From contig NC_000854.2 in assembly GCF_000011125.1 (NCBI RefSeq), forward strand, positions 300,001-332,000: 32,000 nucleotides of DNA. The letters are read 5' to 3'. Shown in pieces: positions 25,980-32,000 of this stretch; position 1 is the first letter of the stretch, and the number at the start of each line of letters is the position of its first letter. A program made the translations under genes and the position numbers. The notes under the pieces were generated by a model, which worked only from the letters and a program-made list of their open reading frames with translations, searched no databases and was not told where the DNA came from. Origin of the DNA: Aeropyrum pernix K1. Lineage in GTDB: Archaea > Thermoproteota > Thermoprotei_A > Sulfolobales > Acidilobaceae.

Positions 25980-26744
25980 CTATATGTTGATGTCTCTCCT
26001 TTCAAATATGGCGACGGCTGTCAACAGCATTGCGAGCGCGGATAAAGCTAGCACCGCCAGGTCGTGGCCTGGCACTCCCCCCTCAAGTACTATACCCAGG
26101 GCGTCGTGGTACCTCGTTAGGGATAGGGCTCCTAGGCGCTCTAGCCTTGTGTCGAGGGTTAGCGTGTCCACGAAGTACATGGCAATAACCACTCCTGCGG
26201 CGGCCCAGGGTGCTCTTGGCGAGAGAGCAACCGCCCCTAATAGGATTCCCAGGGAGGCCACGGAAGCGAGGTAAACAGTGCCCGCCGTGTAGAGGGCCAA
26301 GTATCTCGCGAGATCGACCTCAAAACCGTACACCCCTGCGGAGAGGGCTAAGGCTGCTAGTGTCGAGGCGGAGGCCACGGCGGCTACAGCAACCGCCACC
26401 AGGTATTTGGAGAGGAGGACGAGCCCTCTCCTATGGGGGGATGAGAGGAGTATCCAAAACGTCTTCCCTTGCACCTCGCCCGATATAGCGTTGGCCGAGG
26501 AGTAGGCTATGTAGCCTCCTAGTACAGCAGTGTAGAAGAAGCCGTGGAAGTTCATTATATAGTAGGTGTCGAAGTTGAGCGTGTAGACCCCTCCTTTCGC
26601 GAAGAACTTAATGAACTCCTCGGGGAACTGCGCCAACAGCTCTTGAAGGGTCTCCAGATCCTCCTCGAGAGGCTTCCACGACCAAACAGTCAGTACAACC
26701 AGGACCGCAATAGCCATCGAGAGGATTATGAGCCGTTCACCCAA
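25980..26744 (-). CDS. ABC-2 type transporter permease
   Basis: 254 aa with about six hydrophobic helices and a long first extracytoplasmic loop, downstream of the ABC ATPase. TTG start, with tataat about 26 nt upstream. Confidence 0.75.
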   Translation of the reverse strand: MGERLIILSMAIAVLVVLTVWSWKPLEEDLETLQELLAQFPEEFIKFFAKGGVYTLNFDTYYIMNFHGFFYTAVLGGYIAYSSANAISGEVQGKTFWILLSSPHRRGLVLLSKYLVAVAVAAVASASTLAALALSAGVYGFEVDLARYLALYTAGTVYLASVASLGILLGAVALSPRAPWAAAGVVIAMYFVDTLTLDTRLERLGALSLTRYHDALGIVLEGGVPGHDLAVLALSALAMLLTAVAIFERRDINI

Positions 26745-26747
26745 ACC

Positions 26748-26792
26748 GTGCCTTCATGTAACAAATTATAGCAGGTTGTGTCGGGCACGGCT
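26748..26792 (-). promoter_or_regulatory. Candidate permease promoter: TATA-like box bracketed by a 7-bp inverted repeat
   Basis: In ccgtgccttcatgtaacaaattatagcaggttgtgtcgggcacgg, CCGTGCC and GGCACGG flank the minus-strand ctataatttg. The TATA lies about 26 nt upstream of the TTG start, suggesting a leaderless transcript. Confidence 0.35.
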
Positions 26793-26996
26793 GGGTTCAT
26801 CACGGTCTCCCCGGGGCCGCCTACGGAAGCCCCTGGGGGCTTCCCTCGGGAACCCCGGGGTCACCGGGTTAGATTTATGAGCTTTAAGCCTTATAAGTTT
26901 TATTGGGGATTCCCCAATATGAGCTACATAACGAGGAGATATGGCTTAGATAGGCATTCAACATCAGCCTATCTAATAGCTCTACGCGGTATAGAA

Positions 26997-27026
26997 AGAT
27001 ACAGTCAGATACAGAAAGATACAGCT
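26997..27026. repeat. 10-bp tandem repeat x3 (AGATACAGnn)
   Basis: agatacag occurs at 26997, 27007 and 27017, exactly one helical turn apart, inside the spacer between the ABC ATPase and the permease. Confidence 0.8.
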
Positions 27027-27081
27027 TAGTGTTTCTGCCCCCTGAGCCGGAGCCTAGCCTCAAACGCCACTACAGACGGTA

Positions 27082-27993
27082 TCAACCTTTACCACCCGGG
27101 CCTGAGGTCCTCTCGTAGAAATGCATGAAAACCTCCTCAAGGGTGGCGTCGCGCACCTCCAGATCCTCGAGGCCAGCGTCCAGCAGCATCCTTAGGACGC
27201 TCTCGAGAGCCTTACCGGAGGTGACAACCAGCTCCAGCTCACCATTGCTCCTGATAACTCTAACACCGTCAACCGCCAGCCTGTCGGGAGACAGATTCTT
27301 GGACACCCTAGCCTTCACAACCTTCCCCGACTTCCTGAGTAGGGAGGAGACATCCTCAAGAGCCACTAACACGCCACTCCGCAGGAGGCCCACCCTATCA
27401 GCCACCCTCTGAACCTCGCTCAGCACGTGGGAGGAGAAGAACACGGTTACACCCTCCCGAGCCTTACTCCTCACAAAATCCAGAACCCTACCCCGGGCTA
27501 GGGGGTCGAGACCCGTTGTAGGCTCATCCATGACCACCAGATCGGGCTCGTGGGAGAACGCCATAACCAGTGCAAGCATCTGCTTCATCCCCCTAGAGTA
27601 GGTGCCCACAGCCCTCTCCAGCGGCAGCGGGAAAGCCTCCAGAAGCTCCCTCACAACACCCCGGCTGCAACCACCAACTAGGCGGCACCAGTAATCCAGC
27701 ATCCTCCCGCCCGACACACCACCGTAGAACTCAAACTCGCCGGGCACATAGCCGACCCTCCTTCTCACACCGCTCGCCCCAGGATTGTAAAGCTCCACCC
27801 CGAAAACCCTGGCTGACCCGCTTGTAGGCCTGGAAAAACCCATCAATACCCTAATAGTGGTGGTTTTCCCCGCACCATTCGGCCCGAGATAGCCGAAAAC
27901 CTCCCCGGATAACACGCTGAAGGAAACACCCCTCAACGCCTCAACAGAGCCATACCTCTTAACAAGGCCCTCAACCTCAATAACAACCCCCAC
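27082..27993 (-). CDS. ABC transporter ATP-binding protein (ABC-2/CcmA-like subfamily)
   Basis: Walker A GPNGAGKTT, signature-like YSRGMKQM, Walker B LVVMDEPTTGLD and H-loop FFSSHVL. I place the start at GTG 27993 (MGVVIEVEGLVKRYG); TTG 28017 is also possible. The ORF-track N-terminal 64 aa run into AT-rich non-coding-looking DNA. Confidence 0.85.
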   Translation of the reverse strand: MGVVIEVEGLVKRYGSVEALRGVSFSVLSGEVFGYLGPNGAGKTTTIRVLMGFSRPTSGSARVFGVELYNPGASGVRRRVGYVPGEFEFYGGVSGGRMLDYWCRLVGGCSRGVVRELLEAFPLPLERAVGTYSRGMKQMLALVMAFSHEPDLVVMDEPTTGLDPLARGRVLDFVRSKAREGVTVFFSSHVLSEVQRVADRVGLLRSGVLVALEDVSSLLRKSGKVVKARVSKNLSPDRLAVDGVRVIRSNGELELVVTSGKALESVLRMLLDAGLEDLEVRDATLEEVFMHFYERTSGPGGKG

Positions 27994-28285
27994 CTGAAAA
28001 CACCCAACAACCTCCAAACGCAGAAAAGCAGCTCCCAACCCCCTAAAGGGAAAATACAAGATAAATAATGAAGACGTATTATACACTAGCTTATAAGACC
28101 CCACCTCGTAGGAACAGAAAGACACGCAAAACTTCGCAGCAACAATATGCATATGATCCAGAAGTAATACCAGAGAGTATATCAATCACGATATCATCTA
28201 CCATAAATATGCATGAGGATTGCTTTTTATCGCAGGCTAGCTTTAAGGGAGCTAAGCGAGTCAAATAATCTCTAGGGAGTTAGGT

Positions 28286-28375
28286 TTGGAGAGAAAATAC
28301 AAGTGGATTGAGATAAATCCAAATGTCTGCCACGGCAAACCAGTTTTCAGGGGTACGAGGGTTCTGCTAGGCTAG
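28286..28375 (+). pseudogene. 5' fragment of a DUF433-family (antitoxin-like) gene, truncated after about 29 codons
   Basis: From TTG 28286 it reads (M)ERKYKWIEINPNVCHGKPVFRGTRVLLG-stop. The block INPxxCxGKPxxxGTR is the DUF433 signature, but full-length members are about 70-80 aa. The stop lies inside the 3' end of the convergent PIN gene. Confidence 0.55.
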
Positions 28376-28667
28376 GCGTTCTTAACTTCAGCTTTTTAGA
28401 TAGCTCTAATAATTCCAGGTATACTTTGGAAGCTTTCATCGATATATCTACATCGATTGTTATTATTTCTGTCTTGCCAACAATAAACAGTAACCTCTTT
28501 AGAATATCGTTCTCATCAAAACCTTCTCTCCTGTATTTTCTAGCTATTTCAGCTAGGACTATCGAGGGAGTATATCCTCCCTGGGAGTCTAGGAGCTGCT
28601 TCACGACAGCACCCTTCTCGCTACCTCTAAAATACTCAATCCACGCATAAGTATCGTATACAGGCAA
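28347..28667 (-). CDS. vapC: PIN-domain toxin (VapC-like), probably C-terminally truncated
   Basis: TTG start 5 nt after the upstream antitoxin stop. It has an N-terminal acidic residue (PVYDTYAWIEYF) and a second one in IVLAEIA. The sequence ends at ...RTPSLAEPSYP, where PIN domains normally continue with the third and fourth acidic residues (SLxDa..lA.A...T.D). Confidence 0.6.
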   Translation of the reverse strand: MPVYDTYAWIEYFRGSEKGAVVKQLLDSQGGYTPSIVLAEIARKYRREGFDENDILKRLLFIVGKTEIITIDVDISMKASKVYLELLELSKKLKLRTPSLAEPSYP

Positions 28668-28672
28668 ATCGT

Positions 28673-28912
28673 TTAACCCCTATCCTCCATTCTGTCTTTC
28701 TCAGTGTAAGGCTTAATCTTACCTTTGTCAACGCCAAACATGTCTTTAGGAATACCAGCTTTCTCGAGGACTAACTCTTCTAACACTTTCTCTGGCGTAG
28801 ATATGCCCCGCTCCTTCGCGATTCTAATCAGAATATCGTAGATACTCTTCTTCACCTTAATAGTCTCCGACAATTCCGCATCCCAAGCATCTGATACGAA
28901 ACGCCTCCTCAT
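28673..28912 (-). CDS. Ribbon-helix-helix-like antitoxin (VapB-like)
   Basis: 79 aa directly upstream of the PIN gene. ETIKVKKSIYDILIRIAKERGISTPEKVLEELVLEK has a strand-helix-helix pattern. Confidence 0.55.
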   Translation of the reverse strand: MRRRFVSDAWDAELSETIKVKKSIYDILIRIAKERGISTPEKVLEELVLEKAGIPKDMFGVDKGKIKPYTEKDRMEDRG

Positions 28913-28962
28913 ATCCTTTACTCAAAGCTCAGATATTTGAAGTACATGGAAAGCATCCAAAA

Positions 28963-29007
28963 TGGTGGGCCCGCGGGGATTTGAACCCCGGACCTCCGCC
29001 GTGTGAG
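28963..29007 (-). repeat. 45-bp exact copy of the 3' part of tRNA-Val(CAC) (att-like direct repeat; partner 30165..30209)
   Basis: tggtgggcccgcggggatttgaaccccggacctccgccgtgtgag is identical at both positions. It spans the encoded CCA end through the T arm, variable loop, 3' anticodon stem and the whole anticodon loop. Flanks diverge immediately on both sides. Confidence 0.9.
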
Positions 29008-29132
29008 AACGCAAAGATATGCATGGCTTCATATCACTGATATTCATGTAATCCATAAATAATAACATAAACGATATCAATACTGATATCACTTATCATC
29101 AGATATGCATGATTATTGAATGACTCCTAGTC

Positions 29133-29600
29133 CTATTGTTTAAAAAGTTTCTTATACAGTTTCTCGCGAATTGACTCTAGAGGTTCGCCATGAAGAAGGT
29201 TTTCGACAGATTCTGTATCAAGGGCTACGTAGAGGTTCGATTTAAACGATGCGCGTAGGAGTGCTTTGTCTTCTGTCCATAGTGGTGCTTCTAGCTTGAG
29301 CGAGAGAGCTATAAAGGGTGTATCTTTCGGGTCGAAGAGTCTAGCTATAGAATAAGCCTCTCTCAGCTTGTCTTCATAAATTTCTTTAGGGGTAATTCTG
29401 ACTAGTGAGAAAGCTAACAAAGCTTTACTCCAGAATTCTACGCGTGCACTTTTCTCAAGCTTCTTTAAGTGCTCGCGGAATTCTAGTAAAACTTCTTCAG
29501 GAGCATACAGTTCTAGGTCTTGATGCCCCGCAATAACCCTGTATGCCTTTGCTCTTTTACCAGCGACTACTATTGAGAAGATAATATTGCTATCAACCAC
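29133..29600 (-). CDS. PIN-domain toxin (155 aa from GTG 29600)
   Basis: (M)VDSNIIFSIVV... at the N-terminus and DPKDTPFIALSLKLEAPLWTEDKALL near the C-terminus fit PIN acidic motifs. GTG 29600 lies 5 nt after the upstream gene stop (29606). The ORF-track start 29651 would overlap that gene by 46 nt. Confidence 0.7.
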   Translation of the reverse strand: MVDSNIIFSIVVAGKRAKAYRVIAGHQDLELYAPEEVLLEFREHLKKLEKSARVEFWSKALLAFSLVRITPKEIYEDKLREAYSIARLFDPKDTPFIALSLKLEAPLWTEDKALLRASFKSNLYVALDTESVENLLHGEPLESIREKLYKKLFKQ

Positions 29601-29605
29601 CAGTG

Positions 29606-29833
29606 CTATATTAGGCCCTTCTCTCTGTATTCCTTCTCCACCTTCCTCCATACCTCATCCCGGGTTTTTTCGAACTCCTCTAGAGCCTTCTCTAAGTTAA
29701 CATCTATTCCTTCAGATAAAGACTCTACAACGAGTTTCCGGAGCAGCCTTTTTGATAGACCCTCTGCTACCCATTGCGCAACATCTGACTCCTTCACCTC
29801 ATCGGGCACAACTATTTTTACAACTCTAGGCAC
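29606..29833 (-). CDS. Putative cognate antitoxin (75 aa, family not recognised)
   Basis: Small acidic/helical ORF immediately upstream of the PIN gene, with the same 5-nt spacing as the other antitoxin-PIN pair in the island. Confidence 0.5.
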   Translation of the reverse strand: MPRVVKIVVPDEVKESDVAQWVAEGLSKRLLRKLVVESLSEGIDVNLEKALEEFEKTRDEVWRKVEKEYREKGLI

Positions 29834-29872
29834 TATCCCTCACCCTCCAACAATTAATTGTTCACACTCCCA

Positions 29873-30058
29873 TTATATCTTGAAGAAATCCCGGGCATCT
29901 TCGCCCTCCCTTAGAAGCCGAAGATAAGAGTAGAGTTTCTCGGCGTCGACACTTTCAGCATCTACTATTTTTATTTTAATTTTCTTACCTTCAAGTTCTG
30001 TTAATGGTTTAAGTGGAATAATCACGCCGCTCTTAACAATACCCTCTATCTCAGACAT
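29873..30058 (-). CDS. DUF104 / AF2212-like antitoxin family protein (61 aa from ATG 30058)
   Basis: MSEIEGIVKSGVIIPLKPLTELEGKKIKIKIV... matches the DUF104 pattern (i.aiy.nGvikPlepl.L.EG.kv.i.i). The ORF track begins at GTG 30082. Confidence 0.6.
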   Translation of the reverse strand: MSEIEGIVKSGVIIPLKPLTELEGKKIKIKIVDAESVDAEKLYSYLRLLREGEDARDFFKI

Positions 30059-30164
30059 CCTAAGAGCACCACGTGTTACCACCGCGGTAGAAGGTAATCA
30101 AGTTACCCCGCATTGTACCTTTATTCTTGGTAGCATTACAGGAGCTAATTTGATATACAATTGT

Positions 30165-30242
30165 TGGTGGGCCCGCGGGGATTTGAACCCCGGACCTCCG
30201 CCGTGTGAGGGCGGCGTCCTAACCAGGCTAGACGACGGGCCC
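30165..30242 (-). tRNA. tRNA-Val (anticodon CAC), CCA encoded
   Basis: The reverse complement folds by hand. Acceptor GGGCCCG/CGGGCCC; D arm GTCT-AGCCTGGTTA-GGAC; anticodon stem CCGCC/GGCGG with loop CT-CAC-AC; variable AGGTC; T arm CGGGG-TTCAAAT-CCCCG; discriminator A; CCA. 78 nt. Confidence 0.92.
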
Positions 30243-30288
30243 CTTAGGGCTCCATATGCTGGATTATTCTTGGTGGTGGGTTTATAGC

Positions 30289-31242
30289 TTACGCTGTTCT
30301 CTGGGCTCCCTGGTTTTGGGCTATTTTTAGCGTGCAGTATATGAGTGTTGTGGCTAGGTGTAGGTGGCGGAGGCTTTCTAGGACGCGGGCTAGGGCTACC
30401 GCTTCTGTCTTGCTGGTCTTGTCGCTGTATATTAGCTCTTCTACCCTTGACCTTAGCTTGGCTATGTTTGCGAGGACCTCGCTACTCCTCTTCAGGCTCT
30501 CGCTGGCCACGTTTAGCGCCGCCTCTGATGCTACTGTGGATAGCGCTGTCAGAACGTCGAGGGTGTCCTTCGAGGCGTTGCCTCCCCCCCTGCTCAGGGT
30601 CTTGACGGTGTCTAGCAGCGTCGAGGCTGCCAGGCCTAGGAAGTTCACTGCGAGGAGCTTTGATGCTGTGGCTCTTGCATCCTGCTGGCCTGTGTGAGAG
30701 CCTATAACACCCATGAGGTACCTCTCCGCCAGGGTTATGCTCCTCTGGAGCCTGATCCTGGCCCTCTCAGCCTCCCCCTCGACGCTGGAGCCTCGGGCGG
30801 CCTCTGTGAGAAGCTCTGCAATGTCCCTCAGGTCGCTCGCCACGCTCCTGATAACAGCCCTCAGATCCAGCTTGGAGGGGTCTACGAGTATGGATATGCT
30901 AACGCTGTCGTCGTCCCTGACTACGTCGACTCCGATAAACCCGGATGTCGCGTCGCGTAGCATGTTATAGACATCGTCACCCGCATTCTCCAGTACAACC
31001 TCCTCAGGCCCGAGGACATAGGCGCACCAGAGCACTCTAATGGCGTCCCCCGGGTCTAGACCGCTCAGCCTAATTCTCGAGGCGGCTGTGGCCTCGCTGT
31101 CGACCGCTGGCACTATCCGGAGGCTGCCTCCCTCAACGACAACGTAGACGGGGTCACCCTGCTTAAGCCCCATCTCCCTAACCCACTCTTTCGGGAGCGT
31201 GACTACCAGGCTGCTGGAACCGAGCTTCTGGAGCCTCCTCAC
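30289..31242 (-). CDS. AbrB/SpoVT-domain plus PhoU-like domain regulator
   Basis: From GTG 31242, (M)RRLQKLGSSSLVVTLPKEWVREMGLKQGDPVYVVVEGGSLRIVP is a SpoVT/AbrB swapped-hairpin domain. About 250 aa of helical PhoU-like repeats follow. GTG 31263 is an alternative start. The 481-aa ORF-track version is rejected (see the rejected list). Confidence 0.75.
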   Translation of the reverse strand: MRRLQKLGSSSLVVTLPKEWVREMGLKQGDPVYVVVEGGSLRIVPAVDSEATAASRIRLSGLDPGDAIRVLWCAYVLGPEEVVLENAGDDVYNMLRDATSGFIGVDVVRDDDSVSISILVDPSKLDLRAVIRSVASDLRDIAELLTEAARGSSVEGEAERARIRLQRSITLAERYLMGVIGSHTGQQDARATASKLLAVNFLGLAASTLLDTVKTLSRGGGNASKDTLDVLTALSTVASEAALNVASESLKRSSEVLANIAKLRSRVEELIYSDKTSKTEAVALARVLESLRHLHLATTLIYCTLKIAQNQGAQRTA

Positions 31243-31267
31243 ACCACCCCTGCCGAGATTCACATGG

Positions 31268-31301
31268 GGCCACCCTATCTTGCGCGCAACTCCAGTCTCG
31301 A
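31268..31301 (-). promoter_or_regulatory. Candidate degenerate ORB-like element, inverted orientation
   Basis: The reverse complement reads TCGAGACTGGAG-N-GATAGGGTGGCC: a TCnAG..TGGA dyad-like part plus a TAGGGTGG string mirroring the right-hand element. Confidence 0.3.
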
Positions 31302-31399
31302 ATATTTGCGTGTAAAGACGGTATATATGTTTATAGAGTGGGGCAGCAGGATCGACGCAGAGGAGGCTAGGTAATACGGAGGCTCCCTTTCCTACAGGA

Positions 31400-31430
31400 T
31401 CCAGCGGAAAACAATGGTGTAGGGGTGGGT
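31400..31430 (+). promoter_or_regulatory. Origin recognition box (ORB)-like element upstream of orc1/cdc6
   Basis: TCCAGCGGAAAAC-AATGGTG-TAGGGGTGGG resembles the archaeal ORB consensus (TTCCAGTGGAAAC followed by a G-string). It ends 17 nt before the orc1 TTG start. Confidence 0.5.
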
Positions 31431-31446
31431 TGAGCTGGCGGATCCC

Positions 31447-32000
31447 TTGGAGGAGGTTTTCACGGCGGCGCTGGAGAGCAAGATATTCAGGAAGCGGTGG
31501 GTGCTTCTGCCGGACTATGTGCCTGACGTGCTTCCCCATAGAGAGGCGGAGCTTAGGAGGCTCGCCGAGGTCCTGGCTCCAGCGCTGAGGGGCGAGAAGC
31601 CTAGCAACGCTCTCCTCTACGGCCTTACCGGCACGGGCAAGACGGCTGTGGCCAGGCTGGTCCTGAGGAGGCTCGAGGCCAGGGCCAGTAGCCTGGGCGT
31701 GTTGGTCAAGCCTATCTACGTCAACGCCAGGCACAGGGAGACACCCTACCGCGTAGCCTCGGCTATCGCGGAGGCGGTTGGCGTTAGAGTACCCTTTACA
31801 GGGCTCAGCGTGGGAGAAGTCTACGAGAGGCTTGTCAAGAGGCTCTCGCGCCTCAGGGGCATATACATCATAGTGCTGGACGAGATAGACTTCCTCCCCA
31901 AGAGGCCCGGGGGACAGGACCTGCTCTACAGGATAACCAGGATTAACCAGGAGCTGGGCGATAGGGTGTGGGTCAGCCTAGTAGGGATAACGAACAGCCT
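31447..32000 (+). CDS. orc1: Orc1/Cdc6 replication initiator (5' part; continues beyond window; not in ORF track)
   Basis: Hand translation from TTG 31447 gives (M)EEVFTAALESKIFRKRWVLLPDYVPDVLPHREAELRRLAEVLAPALRGEKPSNALLYGLTGTGKTAVARLVL...GIYIIVLDEIDFLPKR...LYRITRINQELGDRVWVSLVGITNS. It shows Walker A (GTGKT), Walker B (VLDEID) and the sensor-1 context (GITN) of archaeal Orc1/Cdc6. An in-frame stop lies at 31420-31422. Confidence 0.9.
   Translation, partial: MEEVFTAALESKIFRKRWVLLPDYVPDVLPHREAELRRLAEVLAPALRGEKPSNALLYGLTGTGKTAVARLVLRRLEARASSLGVLVKPIYVNARHRETPYRVASAIAEAVGVRVPFTGLSVGEVYERLVKRLSRLRGIYIIVLDEIDFLPKRPGGQDLLYRITRINQELGDRVWVSLVGITNS

Larger units (their letters stand above)
29008..30164. 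mobile_element. Remnant integrated element: AT-rich cassette between the tRNA-Val att-like repeats, without integrase
   Basis: It is bounded by the 45-bp direct repeats. Sampled lines are about 23-40 percent GC by hand count, against clearly higher GC in the flanks. It carries only small PIN/antitoxin-type ORFs. Confidence 0.55.

Noticed and set aside
26847-26862. Possible third, degenerate att copy (gaaccccgg shared with the tRNA T-arm region)
   Set aside because: Only a 9-nt GC-rich core matches and the flanks do not align to the 45-bp repeat. This is compatible with chance in GC-rich palindromic sequence.
26778-27029. 83-aa plus-strand ORF in the ABC spacer
   Set aside because: It spans hairpins and tandem repeats, shows no protein-like features and has mixed composition. 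It is more likely non-coding.
27994-28185. N-terminal 64-aa extension of the ABC ATPase ORF
   Set aside because: It runs through AT-rich DNA with implausible sequence (MIYSLVLLLDHMHIV...). The conserved ABC N-terminus (IEVEGLVKRYG) starts just after in-frame GTG 27993.
31243-31734. N-terminal 164 codons of the 481-aa minus-strand ORF 30289..31734
   Set aside because: This part is antisense to the clearly real orc1/cdc6 gene and crosses the ORB-containing intergenic region. Its sequence is low-complexity Pro/Arg/Gln-rich. The AbrB domain begins right after in-frame GTG 31242, so I truncate the gene there.
1-32000. Scan for CRISPR arrays, rRNA genes, IS transposases, integrases and additional tRNAs
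   Set aside because: No regularly spaced 24-40 nt exact repeats were found. No rRNA-like conserved blocks were found. No DDE or tyrosine-recombinase-like ORFs were found. No further T-loop (GGTTCRAATCC) matches exist apart from the tRNA-Val and its partial copy.

Overview
High-GC crenarchaeal chromosome segment. Gene order and several proteins I recognise by eye (Cren7, Orc1/Cdc6, family-4 UDG, CarS, PriS/PCNA) suggest an Aeropyrum pernix-like genome; this is an inference, not a search result. Nt 1-25050 is core housekeeping. It includes an 8.3-kb co-directional minus-strand run (dph2, methyltransferase, csl4, rpoL, tfs, pcna, priS, a Gins15-position ORF, rpl44e, rps27e, aIF2-alpha, nop10). 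nop10 is missing from the ORF track and was found by hand (4995..5171, TTG start). The core also holds rpl10e, a moeA fusion, cren7, sfsA, an aminotransferase, hjc, a PIN-ATPase and thiI. Nt 25050-30164 is a mosaic of AT-rich accessory segments around an ABC-2 transporter. It contains an A-rich HTH gene followed by three repeats phased exactly 60 bp apart plus GC hairpins, and a repeat-laden 338-bp spacer splitting the ABC genes. It also holds decayed and intact PIN toxin-antitoxin modules and a twice-occurring palindromic module. A 1.16-kb cassette there is bracketed by an exact 45-bp duplication of the 3' part of tRNA-Val(CAC), with no integrase. Nt 30165-32000 holds the intact tRNA-Val, an AbrB-PhoU regulator, an intergenic region with inverted ORB-like elements (candidate oriC) and the 5' part of orc1/cdc6. 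No rRNA, CRISPR array or IS transposase was seen. The most unusual material is the island next to the putative origin. It looks like captured extrachromosomal DNA, but I cannot name a single complete novel system with confidence.
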